From: a virus
Taxonomy: Duplodnaviria; Caudoviricetes
IMG/VR virus record: IMGVR_UViG_3300042562_000746
Span: 62,251-126,250 of that record
Strand: one strand, 5' to 3'
Length of the DNA: 64,000 bases
Within the stretch, counting starts at the first letter, position 1; every line of letters begins with the position of its first letter. Of this stretch, positions 15,478-25,630 are shown one piece after another. The position numbers and the translations under genes were made by a program. The notes under the pieces are model-generated. The model saw nothing but the letters and a program-made list of their open reading frames with translations. It searched no databases and was not told where the DNA came from.

Positions 15478-16710
15478 TTAGTTTTTTCTCCATACCCACA
15501 TTGGTTCACAAAAAGTTTTATCACCCGCTTCTGCTGCTTTTGCTAATGCTTCATCTGTATATCTACTCTCGTCACCCTCTATGATTGCCCCAGCACCTGC
15601 ACTACCAGGTCTTTTTGCCATTTCCATACCCATACAGCCTAAGTATTCTGCACCCTCTTGTTTCTCAAGGTATTCGTTCATAGGAGTAGTGATTGCTCTA
15701 TAACCTTTATCCGTTCCTTTTGATGAAGCATATACATCGGCAATGTTTACAATTAGAACACCACCTTTTTTAAGTGTTTTCCAAATCTTTCCTAATGCTT
15801 TGTGTAAGAATTGTTCATTCCATTCATCAATCGTTTTATATCTAACCCAACTTTGTGTATCATCATAGGAATACCTTTCAACCGAAAAATAAGGAGGAGA
15901 GGTAAAAGCAATATCAAAATAATTATCGTACCCAGCATAGTCGAAATCCTCTGCAGGAGATTCGACAAAATCAGCTCGCTTCTCCACTTCAAAAAATCCA
16001 TTGTTCTTTTCATAGAATTCTGCTTGTTGTCTATAAATAGGATGGTTTTCTTTACGCGGGTCAATACCTACATAATGCTTTCCAGTTTCACTTGCGTAGA
16101 ACCCACACATTCTATCACCCCAACCTGCTGCAAAATCTAAAATAGTTTCTGCTTTAAAGTAATCATATAAAGCTTTTGCTACATTTGGTTTAAACTGAGA
16201 ACAAATATATTTTCTTAATGATAATGCTACTCTTAAACTACCTCTATTAATTTCATCAAACTTTAAAGTATACATTGCACCCATTAGTGTAACCATAAAT
16301 TCATATGTTCTCCAAGTTCTATCTGGACCAGGAGATACCGTCCCATCTACACCCCATCTATTTGCTTGTTGAAAATAGTTTGATGCCTGGTTTCCGGTAT
16401 TAACTCGTCTAAAATATAATTGTTTACCTTCTATACCTAATCCAAATCTACTATCACCTGCTTTACGAATAAACCATTCATCATCTTTTAATAATTCGTT
16501 CCATCTCGTTTTCTTTAATGCTAAATATTCTTTACGAGCATCATCTTCACTAATTTCTTGATAAGGTAGAGGATATTCCATAGCTAATTTTGCTAAGGAT
16601 TCACACACATCTGCTTTCTCAAATGTGGTTTGAATATGTTTCCATTGTTCTGCATTAATATGCAAATATGGTTTCATATTTTTAAACTGGTCGAAATAAT
16701 CTAAATACAT
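15478..16710 (-). CDS. SAM-dependent DNA amino-methyltransferase (paralog of 966-2531)
   Basis: DFAAGWGDR and FTSPPY. Confidence 0.8.
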   Translation of the reverse strand: MYLDYFDQFKNMKPYLHINAEQWKHIQTTFEKADVCESLAKLAMEYPLPYQEISEDDARKEYLALKKTRWNELLKDDEWFIRKAGDSRFGLGIEGKQLYFRRVNTGNQASNYFQQANRWGVDGTVSPGPDRTWRTYEFMVTLMGAMYTLKFDEINRGSLRVALSLRKYICSQFKPNVAKALYDYFKAETILDFAAGWGDRMCGFYASETGKHYVGIDPRKENHPIYRQQAEFYEKNNGFFEVEKRADFVESPAEDFDYAGYDNYFDIAFTSPPYFSVERYSYDDTQSWVRYKTIDEWNEQFLHKALGKIWKTLKKGGVLIVNIADVYASSKGTDKGYRAITTPMNEYLEKQEGAEYLGCMGMEMAKRPGSAGAGAIIEGDESRYTDEALAKAAEAGDKTFCEPMWVWRKN

Positions 16711-17228
16711 ATTGTTTCTATGTTTTTGTCTGCAACTAGTCTTAATCTAAAAACTATTCCAGGGATGATACCATCTTTTTTACTTGTCCAAACTATATCT
16801 GAATCTTTTACAAATCCATTTCTATAATAAAAGTTAACTGCTTTATCATTATATTTTCTAACTGTCAGAAATAAATTTTCTGCGTATTGTGATTTACAAT
16901 ATTCTATAAACTCAAATAAAATCTTTTTAGCATTTCCATTGTGTTGGTCGATATTTGCAATTTGATGTAAAATAAAATCACCACTTTTTTTATAAGTGGT
17001 TGCGTTTCTACTCATCTTACCATGTCCTTTGTATTTACTAAATGTAATTACAACCCCATCTTGCAATATAATATTACCTTTCTTAATATATTTTTCAAGT
17101 TTATAACCTTGCTTATATAAGTGTGGAAATATTTCTGGATACAAATCTATAATTGCCATAGCCTGATTTGTGGCTACAATCATTTCATTTGTACCTCGTT
17201 CTGCTTTTACAAAGTTAAGCATATTCAA
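16701..17228 (-). CDS. GNAT-family acetyltransferase
   Basis: LHQIA...HNGNAK, LTVRKYNDKAVNFYYRNGF. Confidence 0.8.
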   Translation of the reverse strand: MNMLNFVKAERGTNEMIVATNQAMAIIDLYPEIFPHLYKQGYKLEKYIKKGNIILQDGVVITFSKYKGHGKMSRNATTYKKSGDFILHQIANIDQHNGNAKKILFEFIEYCKSQYAENLFLTVRKYNDKAVNFYYRNGFVKDSDIVWTSKKDGIIPGIVFRLRLVADKNIETICI

Positions 17229-18672
17229 AAAATTTATTTAGGTTTAGAGTGTCTTTATACAAATATAACTCTTTTAATTTAGATTTCAAAATATCCTTAC
17301 GGCTTTCTATCAATTCACCCGTCCTTGCCCCCTTTGCAAAGAAAACTTTAGGTCTCCAAAGTAGTTCATCACTAATTTCGCCACTAAAAGCTGCTCTTAA
17401 AAGTGGTTTCATATGTCCTTTTTCTTTCTGATATAATGGTGGAATGTTTAAACTATATTCTACAAATGGTCTCCAACTATATGGTGTACGAACTTCAACT
17501 GTCCCACCCCACATTATAGATTGATTGGTAGTTAAGAAATTTGTTTTATGCACATCCTCTACTAACTTCCGTCTTGCCTTATCATAATCATCCGGCTTAT
17601 AATGAAATGCTTGAATGTGACCATAACTTCCCCAAATTTCATCCGATAAATCTCCGCTGAATACTACTTTAAATCCCAACTCGTCTATCTTTTTTCCTAA
17701 TGCAACTTGAGCAATTGCACTACCTAAGTTTTGCCAACGGTCTTGTTCAATAACATAAAGAGTTTCATCAATTGCATTTATAACATCATCTTCTGTTAAT
17801 ATAATTTCATGTAGTTTTACATTAAATTCTTTAGCTGCAATTCTTGCGTATTTAATATCATCGTTTATTGTATTACCATCACCCATTGATACCACAAACG
17901 CTTCTATATCAGGTTTTATTTTAGAAAGTAAGTAGGTTATAATTACACTATCAATACCACCGCTAAGAATTGTACAAATAGGAACATCAGAAACCATTTT
18001 TACTTTTACCGCTTCATCTAATTGTTTCCTAATATTTTTAATAATAGTTTCTCTATCATCATTTATAATTTCAGTTGGTAAAGTGTAGTATGTTTTAATA
18101 CTATTCTCTAATGTTTTATAATTGTATTCTATATAAGTTCCAGGATAAACTGTCTTAACTTGTTTTTCGTATAAATCTGCGGTTGGTAATCCTTTTTTTT
18201 CTGATGCGAATACTAACTTACCATCATTATCAATTGCATACCACAAAGGTAATTCACCAACATAATCTCTTACAATAAATGCAGTATTAATTCTACTATC
18301 GACTATACAAAAAGAAAACATACCATCCAATTCAATGAATGATTCAACTCCAAATTGTAAGTATGCATTTAAAATTATTTCTGTATCTGATTTTGTTTTT
18401 CTAGGGAGTGAAATTTTTTCCTCTAATTTTTTTGTGTAATCACTTTCCCATAACTCACCATTGTACACAATACAAACTGATTTATCGTCATTCCACATTG
18501 GTTGATTTGCAGATGACGATAAATCTTGTATTGAAAGGCGGTTGTGTCCGATATAAAAATTATCTACAACATCTACTTGAGAAGCATCTCTGCCTCTATG
18601 AATTATTTTATTTAATTGGGTAAAGGTTTGCTCTTTAGATGTAAACCAGTTACCACCTATTATTCCACACAT
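17215..18672 (-). CDS. asnB: asparagine synthetase B-like glutamine amidotransferase
   Basis: N-terminal MCGI (Ntn Cys), HRG, RLSIQD, NGE, LSGGIDS, SGDLSDE. Confidence 0.88.
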   Translation of the reverse strand: MCGIIGGNWFTSKEQTFTQLNKIIHRGRDASQVDVVDNFYIGHNRLSIQDLSSSANQPMWNDDKSVCIVYNGELWESDYTKKLEEKISLPRKTKSDTEIILNAYLQFGVESFIELDGMFSFCIVDSRINTAFIVRDYVGELPLWYAIDNDGKLVFASEKKGLPTADLYEKQVKTVYPGTYIEYNYKTLENSIKTYYTLPTEIINDDRETIIKNIRKQLDEAVKVKMVSDVPICTILSGGIDSVIITYLLSKIKPDIEAFVVSMGDGNTINDDIKYARIAAKEFNVKLHEIILTEDDVINAIDETLYVIEQDRWQNLGSAIAQVALGKKIDELGFKVVFSGDLSDEIWGSYGHIQAFHYKPDDYDKARRKLVEDVHKTNFLTTNQSIMWGGTVEVRTPYSWRPFVEYSLNIPPLYQKEKGHMKPLLRAAFSGEISDELLWRPKVFFAKGARTGELIESRKDILKSKLKELYLYKDTLNLNKFFEYA

Positions 18673-18709
18673 ATATAACTAATTTACGAAACTTATTTAA
18701 TAAAACCTA

Positions 18710-18973
18710 TTATTTTATAGCTTCATTTATAGCATTTACATATGCTAATTTAGAACTCAATCCTGTAAACCTTTCAACAATTTCACCATTTTTTTCTATG
18801 ATGATTGTTGGGACTGATGTTACATTATATTTTTGTGTTTCTTCCATATAATCATCTACATCATAATCTTCAAACTTTACATTTGAAAATTGTCCTTTAA
18901 TCTCTGTCATAACCGGTGCTAATGCTCTACATGGCCCACACCACACTGCACTAAATTTTTTAACTGTTACCAT
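18710..18973 (-). CDS. trxA: thioredoxin
   Basis: WCGPC; probable start MVTVKKF at 18973. Confidence 0.93.
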   Translation of the reverse strand: MVTVKKFSAVWCGPCRALAPVMTEIKGQFSNVKFEDYDVDDYMEETQKYNVTSVPTIIIEKNGEIVERFTGLSSKLAYVNAINEAIK

Positions 18974-19682
18974 TTTTTTTGTTTTTAAAATCTTCATATT
19001 CTTCCAATAGGGCATCAACTACCGAATGTCTATGATTTACTAATAATGTTTGCGATGCCATCTCTTTTACTTTTTGCGCTACCCTAAGTAAAAATCCAAA
19101 TCCACTTTCTCCTTTTTGTTTTAAGTCAACCTGAGCAGTATCGCCACATACTACCATTTTACTTCTAATACCCAATCTACTTACAATCATTTCCATTTGT
19201 TCGTGAGTGCAGTTCTGAGCTTCATCCACAATTACAAATGAGTCTAAGAAAGTTCTACCTCTCATAAATGCTACCGGCACAATTTCAACTTGTCCGTTTG
19301 TTAATATCTCATCTATTTTTTCTCTATTATAAAGTAGATAGAAGTTTGAATAGATTGGTTGCATCCAGGGTTCCATCTTTTCTCTAAGGTCTCCTGGTAA
19401 GAATCCAATTTCTTCTTTACTTACTGTCGGTCTTGTAATGATAATTTTACTAACCGTTTTCTTAAATAGCATATCCAATGCAATTTGACAAGCTAATAGT
19501 GTTTTACCACTACCCGCTTTACCACTTAGGATTGTGATTGCGTTATTTAAAATTTTATCTTTTGCCTCTTTTTGTTCTTCGTTCAATTGAATTTGAAACT
19601 TAATAGGTCCTTTTTCTTTTTGCTTTTCTTCTTTGATTTTCTCTGTCAATTCTTTATGTTTTGTTGAGTGATTTTCTGCCAT
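18960..19682 (-). CDS. phoH: PhoH-family ATPase
   Basis: GKAGSGKT, GFLPGD, FMRGRT, DEAQN, GDTAQVD. Confidence 0.95.
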   Translation of the reverse strand: MAENHSTKHKELTEKIKEEKQKEKGPIKFQIQLNEEQKEAKDKILNNAITILSGKAGSGKTLLACQIALDMLFKKTVSKIIITRPTVSKEEIGFLPGDLREKMEPWMQPIYSNFYLLYNREKIDEILTNGQVEIVPVAFMRGRTFLDSFVIVDEAQNCTHEQMEMIVSRLGIRSKMVVCGDTAQVDLKQKGESGFGFLLRVAQKVKEMASQTLLVNHRHSVVDALLEEYEDFKNKKNGNS

Positions 19683-19846
19683 AACGTTTCTAATTGAGTA
19701 TTATCTGTTATATGTTTTGGTTCATACGGACAATGGCGGCACTTATTACCACAGCAATAACCTCTTGCCATATGATACTCTGGAGTAAAAACCACCTTAC
19801 CTTGTTCCAAATAGTATAACTTTTCATTTTCTTTATTTAATTTCAT
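19646..19846 (-). CDS. small Cys-rich protein (DUF5522-like)
   Basis: RGYCCGNKCRHCPY. Confidence 0.75.
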   Translation of the reverse strand: MKLNKENEKLYYLEQGKVVFTPEYHMARGYCCGNKCRHCPYEPKHITDNTQLETLWQKITQQNIKN

Positions 19847-19911
19847 CTGTTTGTCCTAATAGGATGATATATCCCATTAATAATGTTTTGAACTACGTTA
19901 TCATGTACCAT
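19843..19911 (-). CDS. 22-aa micro-ORF MVHDNVVQNIINGIYHPIRTNR
   Basis: ATG abuts the RNR stop; its TGA overlaps the next ATG (ATGA). Confidence 0.4.
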   Translation of the reverse strand: MVHDNVVQNIINGIYHPIRTNR

Positions 19912-21768
19912 TTACTTAACCTCACACGCACCACCAGCACACGCTAACTCACCACTTAGGTCTGTCATATCTTCGGTTTCAATAACTTTAGATAAGTCAA
20001 CATCACTTAATGTTTTTAATAGTTCTTCATATCTTTCTTTTGTACAATCTTCAAATGGTGCTTGAATATAAGTTCCACCATCGTAAGGCAATACTGAAAG
20101 TCCATTATAAAATTCTTTATTTTCCCACATCCACTCACCAACTGCTTTCCATTCATGTTCTCTAATAGATATTGTTGCAGATACATTATGTGAATTTGAA
20201 CCACTTCTATGCCCAGGTTTAATCCATTCACCATGTACTTTTTTAACTCTCTCTAATAATTGAATTGGAGATTCAGTTCTAAAGATTGCAGTATCAGGTG
20301 CTTTTTGTGGAATACCAATTACTGCCGTATCATGTGGTCTGAAATATTCATCTTCAATTAATTCAGGATGATTGATTAATAAGTGTGAATACATTGATTC
20401 ATTCTTACCAACTCTTACTCTACGAATATAATAATCATTATGCCATGCGTGAATACCACTACTTGTTCCTAATGTTAATGATGTAGTTCCTGCTGGTTTA
20501 ACCGTTGTTGTTCTTGCTGAAACATTTATTTTTAATATTTCTGCTACCCTTCTATTTTCTGTCTTAACCACTTTTGCAGATTCTTTCATATCCAATTTCA
20601 AAACTGCACCACTACCAATACCCGTCATAGATACACCAATCAATGCATCCTTTTCGGTTGTTCTCTGCCATATTGGGCGAAGGTAATGGAAATCAGTATA
20701 ACCTGCTTGCAATGTTCCTATGAATGATGCTGCTTTTACTCTTGCATTCAAATCGTCTTGGTCTACTACATCACTTACATTAACTTCACATAAGTTACAG
20801 AATTGGAAAGGTCTTAATGCAATTTCACAACATGGGTTAGTTCCCCAATCTTTGTCGTTTGATAAGTAGATACCAGGTTCACCTGCTCCACTTGCTTCAA
20901 TTCTTTTCCACAAATCCATAAAATAATCCTTTGTGATTTTGTGTCTCATTAATACCGCTGAGTTATTTGCTCTACCTCTTTGTGGATTTGTTTCCCACCA
21001 TGCACCACTCTTACAACTAATCATTTGTTCATCACTTGCTGAGAACAAACAAATTAATGCTGCTCTACGAATACCACCTGCCAACACTGCATCAGCAATA
21101 TGGCAAACTATATCATGTACTTCAATTGGATTTAATTTATCACCATCTTTTTTAGCATCAAAAATACCGTCAATCTTAATTAGACATTCTTTTAATGGTT
21201 GAGGACCTGGTGCTTTACCACCACTTGTAATTAATCGTGCTCCCTTTGCTCTAATATCTCTAAAATCAAATACTGGTTTTGAACCACCAAAGAAATATGA
21301 TTTTACTAATACTGAAATTGAATCCGCCCATCCTTCAATAGAATCACCGATAAGAAATCTACGAGTCTTATCTGCATTTGGTTTTCTAATTTCAGGTAAT
21401 GCATCAACATGATGTGATTGTACTGAATATCCTACACCAGTTCCACCTAAAAGTAAGAACATAATTTCAGAGAATACTCTCCAATCATCAATAGGTGCGA
21501 ATGCACAATTATAAATTCTATTTGGTGAAATTTCAATTGGTTTACCTGCGAACTGCATTGAACGCATTGAAGGTAACACTTTCTTATCATAAACAAACTT
21601 ATAGTTCTCTCTGATTTCTTCTTCTAAATTGGGATATGTTTTTATATGCATATCCATATTTCTTGTAACCAACTCCTGCCACGTCTCTCTTCTTTTTAAT
21701 TCTGGCTTATATTTTGCGTACTTCATGTACACCGTAATTTCTGATAGGATTCTTGTTGAAATGTCCAT
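19912..21768 (-). CDS. nrdJ: class II (adenosylcobalamin-dependent) ribonucleotide reductase
   Basis: PSMR, NCAF, TNPCCEI, KPAGT, C-terminal ACAGGACEV; no beta-subunit gene adjacent. Confidence 0.9.
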   Translation of the reverse strand: MDISTRILSEITVYMKYAKYKPELKRRETWQELVTRNMDMHIKTYPNLEEEIRENYKFVYDKKVLPSMRSMQFAGKPIEISPNRIYNCAFAPIDDWRVFSEIMFLLLGGTGVGYSVQSHHVDALPEIRKPNADKTRRFLIGDSIEGWADSISVLVKSYFFGGSKPVFDFRDIRAKGARLITSGGKAPGPQPLKECLIKIDGIFDAKKDGDKLNPIEVHDIVCHIADAVLAGGIRRAALICLFSASDEQMISCKSGAWWETNPQRGRANNSAVLMRHKITKDYFMDLWKRIEASGAGEPGIYLSNDKDWGTNPCCEIALRPFQFCNLCEVNVSDVVDQDDLNARVKAASFIGTLQAGYTDFHYLRPIWQRTTEKDALIGVSMTGIGSGAVLKLDMKESAKVVKTENRRVAEILKINVSARTTTVKPAGTTSLTLGTSSGIHAWHNDYYIRRVRVGKNESMYSHLLINHPELIEDEYFRPHDTAVIGIPQKAPDTAIFRTESPIQLLERVKKVHGEWIKPGHRSGSNSHNVSATISIREHEWKAVGEWMWENKEFYNGLSVLPYDGGTYIQAPFEDCTKERYEELLKTLSDVDLSKVIETEDMTDLSGELACAGGACEVK

Positions 21769-21923
21769 TGTTTTTGTATTTTTGTAAAATTAATAAATAA
21801 AACTTTTTTCGATAAAAGTATGAAATGTACCAATAACTATTAGTATATTCATATATAGATACGACTTTTGAAAGAAAAAAACCCACTTTTTATAAGTTTT
21901 TTTTTCCACAAGTTATATACTTA

Positions 21924-23282
21924 TTAACCCATATTTTCTATATATTTTTTATGTAAAAGTTTCTTTTCTAAGTTACCACCATTACTAGATTCTTTTTGTG
22001 TCATCACACCATCTGCCGATAATGGTTCAAATACATCTATTAATCCAATCATAGTATCCATCTTAGCCGGGAAAGTTAAACCATCTGCACCAAATCTATT
22101 TTTCATAACGTGGAATCGTGCAGTATTACTTAACTTATCTTTTGCTTTTCTACTTACACTCATAATGAAATCTGATGTCATTACTTTTGCATAAGAATCT
22201 GCAATTGAATCCGCTTGTATAACTTCAAAATCAATTGCTGAACGATTGGTTTGTGATGCTGTCCAAATTGGAACACCCAACTCACCACTCAATCCTCTGA
22301 TTTCTTCATACACACCACCCAATTCTGCATAGGTACTATCTCGTTTGTTTACGGGCTTTAACAAATCTGCATAATCAATAATAATTAAATCCGGTTTAAA
22401 TCCGAATCCTTTGTACTTATCTAAATGTGCTTTGATTGTTTTTGTGCTTGCCCCTCTCGGTGGATAATACTTAACCATCAAATTTGCTTTGTGGTTTTTA
22501 AGTTTAGCTACTACTTCTTCTTTTCTATCTTTCAATTCGTTAGATGGAATACCCGTCATAATAGTATCGTATCTCGTACCTGCATAGATTTCTGATAATT
22601 CTAATGTATAATGCATTACATTGTAACCTTGCCTTACAGCATCGGCTGCTATCTTACACAATACCCAAGTCTTACCAACTCCACTCGGTGCTACAATTAC
22701 TCCTAATTCACCTGGTCCTAATCCACCATCCATTAAATCATTGATTGGTTTCCATCCGGTAGGTACTGAACTTCTTTTAGTTTCTTCCATCCTCATTGCA
22801 ATATCCTTATAGTAATCATGTCCTAAATTGTTTTCCATTCCCGCTTTTAATGCGTTCTGAACTACAACTCCTATCTCATCCCAACTCTTTTCGGATTTGA
22901 TTAGGTCTACTGATTGAAATATTGCGGCTTTTAACTTCTGAAACTTTGAGAATTTAATATATTCGGTTTTTACAAACTCCATATCTTCACTACCGAATAC
23001 ATCATAGATTTGTTTTATTCTTTCTATGATTTGTTTCTTTTGAGAATCAGTTCCCAATGATGCCAACTTAACTTTAAATACGTCTAAGGTTGGTGCGGCG
23101 AATTGTTTACTTTGATAATCTAATATCGCTTCTACAATCCACTTATCTTGTTCACTTTCAAAATAATCTTTGTTTGTAATTTCAGAAACTTGATTAAGAA
23201 AAGGTAAATCCGATAATAATGCAGCTATGACTTTAGATTGGTATGATTCACCAAATTTTTCTAATGTATCTACTGCGTTCAT
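21924..23282 (-). CDS. replicative helicase (T4 gp41/DnaB-like)
   Basis: APSGVGKT, IIIDYADL, TASQTNR, KNRFG. Confidence 0.93.
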   Translation of the reverse strand: MNAVDTLEKFGESYQSKVIAALLSDLPFLNQVSEITNKDYFESEQDKWIVEAILDYQSKQFAAPTLDVFKVKLASLGTDSQKKQIIERIKQIYDVFGSEDMEFVKTEYIKFSKFQKLKAAIFQSVDLIKSEKSWDEIGVVVQNALKAGMENNLGHDYYKDIAMRMEETKRSSVPTGWKPINDLMDGGLGPGELGVIVAPSGVGKTWVLCKIAADAVRQGYNVMHYTLELSEIYAGTRYDTIMTGIPSNELKDRKEEVVAKLKNHKANLMVKYYPPRGASTKTIKAHLDKYKGFGFKPDLIIIDYADLLKPVNKRDSTYAELGGVYEEIRGLSGELGVPIWTASQTNRSAIDFEVIQADSIADSYAKVMTSDFIMSVSRKAKDKLSNTARFHVMKNRFGADGLTFPAKMDTMIGLIDVFEPLSADGVMTQKESSNGGNLEKKLLHKKYIENMG

Positions 23283-23437
23283 TATTTACTTTCTTTTTCT
23301 TTTGTTTCTTTCTTAGGGTTTTTGTATTCTTTCCACTCCGATTTAGGAATAAATTTCCATTCACTCGTTGCGTTGTAAGCATCTTTATCACTTACTCTAA
23401 TAATGTTCCCTGTTTTGTTGCTTTTAAGACACTTCAT
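23282..23437 (-). CDS. small basic protein (51 aa)
   Basis: MKCLKSNKTGNIIRVSDKDAY...WKFIPKSEWKEY...; preceded by GGAGG; TAATG overlap with the helicase start. Confidence 0.65.
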   Translation of the reverse strand: MKCLKSNKTGNIIRVSDKDAYNATSEWKFIPKSEWKEYKNPKKETKEKESK

Positions 23438-23468
23438 AGGTTGTTTCCTCCATGTTTGTTTTTAATTG

Positions 23469-24497
23469 TTATTTATGTAATTTTGCGAAAGTAGTTTGAA
23501 TCCAGCTATTAACATCACCAAATGAATTAATAACTTTCATTCCCATTGCTTTCTTTATGAATCCTAATTTATCCAATTTTGCTGAATTATCCAAATATTT
23601 TTGGTTAATTGTTAGTTTTTTGTTTGTTGGAATTTCAGGATCGAATAATTGCATCAACTTATAGTTTCTTTCAACTAACTTTTTTTGATTTAATATCTTT
23701 TCGTAGATTCCGTTTTGTGCTTTTCGTTCTTCACACAATTCAAACATCGCATCAATTGTAATTTCTTTCGAATCAACAATCTCAGGAAACCTCTTAATAA
23801 TAGTTTTAAGACCACAACCAGCAATACCATCAATGTTATCGGACTTATCACCATCAAGAGTGCGATAGACCATAAAATTTGCAGGATGTACACCATACTC
23901 AGTAATAACCAATTCTTTATCATATAACTTCTTTTTAGTCGGAGAATATACTTTAACTTTGTCATTTACTAATTGTAGGAAGTCTTTATCTGCACTCATT
24001 ATGACTGCACTTTCTTCCTCTTTTAATAATTGTGAGGCAATATAGCCCATAACATCATCTGCTTCAATGTTATCGTATAACATAATTTCTACGGGTAGGT
24101 ACTCTAAGAGTTCGATTAAACCAATCATCTGTCTTTTCATAGATACACCTTCTTCTTCTTTGTTCATCAAATCTGCATAGGCTCTATTCACTCTAAAACG
24201 ATTGTTACCTCTATTCTCTTTGTAACCACTATATAAATCCTTTCTACTTTTAGAACCACCCTTACCATCGAATACAATTATACAACGAGTTGCATTATAT
24301 TCTCTGATAGCATAACCGATGCCTTTTAATGTACCTACTATACCGCCAATGTGGTCCCCATTATCATCCATTGTAGGATTTACGGTCCAACTTCTTATAA
24401 AAGTATTAAGACCATCAACAATTAATACTTTTTCTTTTCCTAATTGCTGATAGTCTTTTTCTACTTCGTTTAGTAACTTCTTATATGTTTCGTTCAT
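23469..24497 (-). CDS. 5'-3' exonuclease / RNase H (T4 rnh, FEN-like)
   Basis: VDGLN, FDG, EADD, SADKDFLQL, GDKSDNIDG. Confidence 0.92.
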   Translation of the reverse strand: MNETYKKLLNEVEKDYQQLGKEKVLIVDGLNTFIRSWTVNPTMDDNGDHIGGIVGTLKGIGYAIREYNATRCIIVFDGKGGSKSRKDLYSGYKENRGNNRFRVNRAYADLMNKEEEGVSMKRQMIGLIELLEYLPVEIMLYDNIEADDVMGYIASQLLKEEESAVIMSADKDFLQLVNDKVKVYSPTKKKLYDKELVITEYGVHPANFMVYRTLDGDKSDNIDGIAGCGLKTIIKRFPEIVDSKEITIDAMFELCEERKAQNGIYEKILNQKKLVERNYKLMQLFDPEIPTNKKLTINQKYLDNSAKLDKLGFIKKAMGMKVINSFGDVNSWIQTTFAKLHK

Positions 24498-24503
24498 AAA
24501 CCT

Positions 24504-25625
24504 TTATTCTGTTTCGATATCGGGTTCAGGCTCTTGCCCTCCGTTATCATATGTAATTTCATCCGGATCGATTCCTTCTTTTTTATATTGTAAGATTGTT
24601 GCTTCACAAATCTTTCTATAAATTTGGTCTCTTAACTCATCCTTAACTCCCATCATCTGAATAAAATCTTTAGATTGGAATTTAATAACTTCACCAGTAT
24701 CAGTGTCTACATATTCGTACCATGCACCACCTTGCTTAACTAATTTATTATCTTTCATCACCTTTAACCATCCACCAAAATTATCAATACCTCTATCAAA
24801 GAAAATATCGAAATCTGCTGAACGTAATGGTGGTCCTAATCTATTCTTAATAACCTGTGCTCTTACTTTGATACCAATGATTCTCTCACCTGCTTTAATC
24901 TGTCCCATATTCTTTAAACGAATACGAACCGAAGCGTGGAATGCTAATGCTTTACCACCCGATGTAGTCCAAGGGTCACCAAACATCACACCTAATTTCT
25001 GCCTAAGTTGATTAGTAAATACAACGGAGATTTTTTGTCTACCAATTACATTTGTAATCTTTCTCATTGCTTTTGAAATGATAATTGCCTTATCAGTTGC
25101 GTAACCATCTTTATCATAATCAGCATCCATCTCTTTTTTAGTTGATGCCGCTGCGACTGAATCGACTACTATTGTAACTAATCTATCCTTATCACCTTTA
25201 CGAACTTGTTCAATAATTGTATCAATTGTTTCAAAAATATCCTCAACTGTGTCTACTGAAACGTATAATAGTTTAGAAACATCCACTCCAATTGCATCAA
25301 AGAACTCTCTACTTACCGCAGTTTCAGTATCAATTAATACTGCTACCCCACCTTGTCTTTGCGTTTCTGCTAACACGTGTGCTGCTAAAAGTGATTTACC
25401 ACTTTGTTCTAAACCGGTGATTTCGGTAATTCTTCCTACGGGTAATCCCCCATAAGGTCTGTTCGAAATTGCTACGTCTAACATTGCTGTTCCAGTGGAA
25501 ACCCAACCTGGTACATTGGTTGGGGCTCCATCGGAATCATCATCCAAGAAGAAAGCTACCTTTTGGTCTTTCCACTTTTTGTTAAGACTATCAGCAATTT
25601 GATTTGCTAAGTCTACTTTTGCCAT
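24504..25625 (-). CDS. recA: RecA/UvsX recombinase
   Basis: GLEQSGKS, VVDSVAA, NQLR, GGKALAFHASVR. Confidence 0.95.
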   Translation of the reverse strand: MAKVDLANQIADSLNKKWKDQKVAFFLDDDSDGAPTNVPGWVSTGTAMLDVAISNRPYGGLPVGRITEITGLEQSGKSLLAAHVLAETQRQGGVAVLIDTETAVSREFFDAIGVDVSKLLYVSVDTVEDIFETIDTIIEQVRKGDKDRLVTIVVDSVAAASTKKEMDADYDKDGYATDKAIIISKAMRKITNVIGRQKISVVFTNQLRQKLGVMFGDPWTTSGGKALAFHASVRIRLKNMGQIKAGERIIGIKVRAQVIKNRLGPPLRSADFDIFFDRGIDNFGGWLKVMKDNKLVKQGGAWYEYVDTDTGEVIKFQSKDFIQMMGVKDELRDQIYRKICEATILQYKKEGIDPDEITYDNGGQEPEPDIETE

Positions 25626-25630
25626 AAAAA

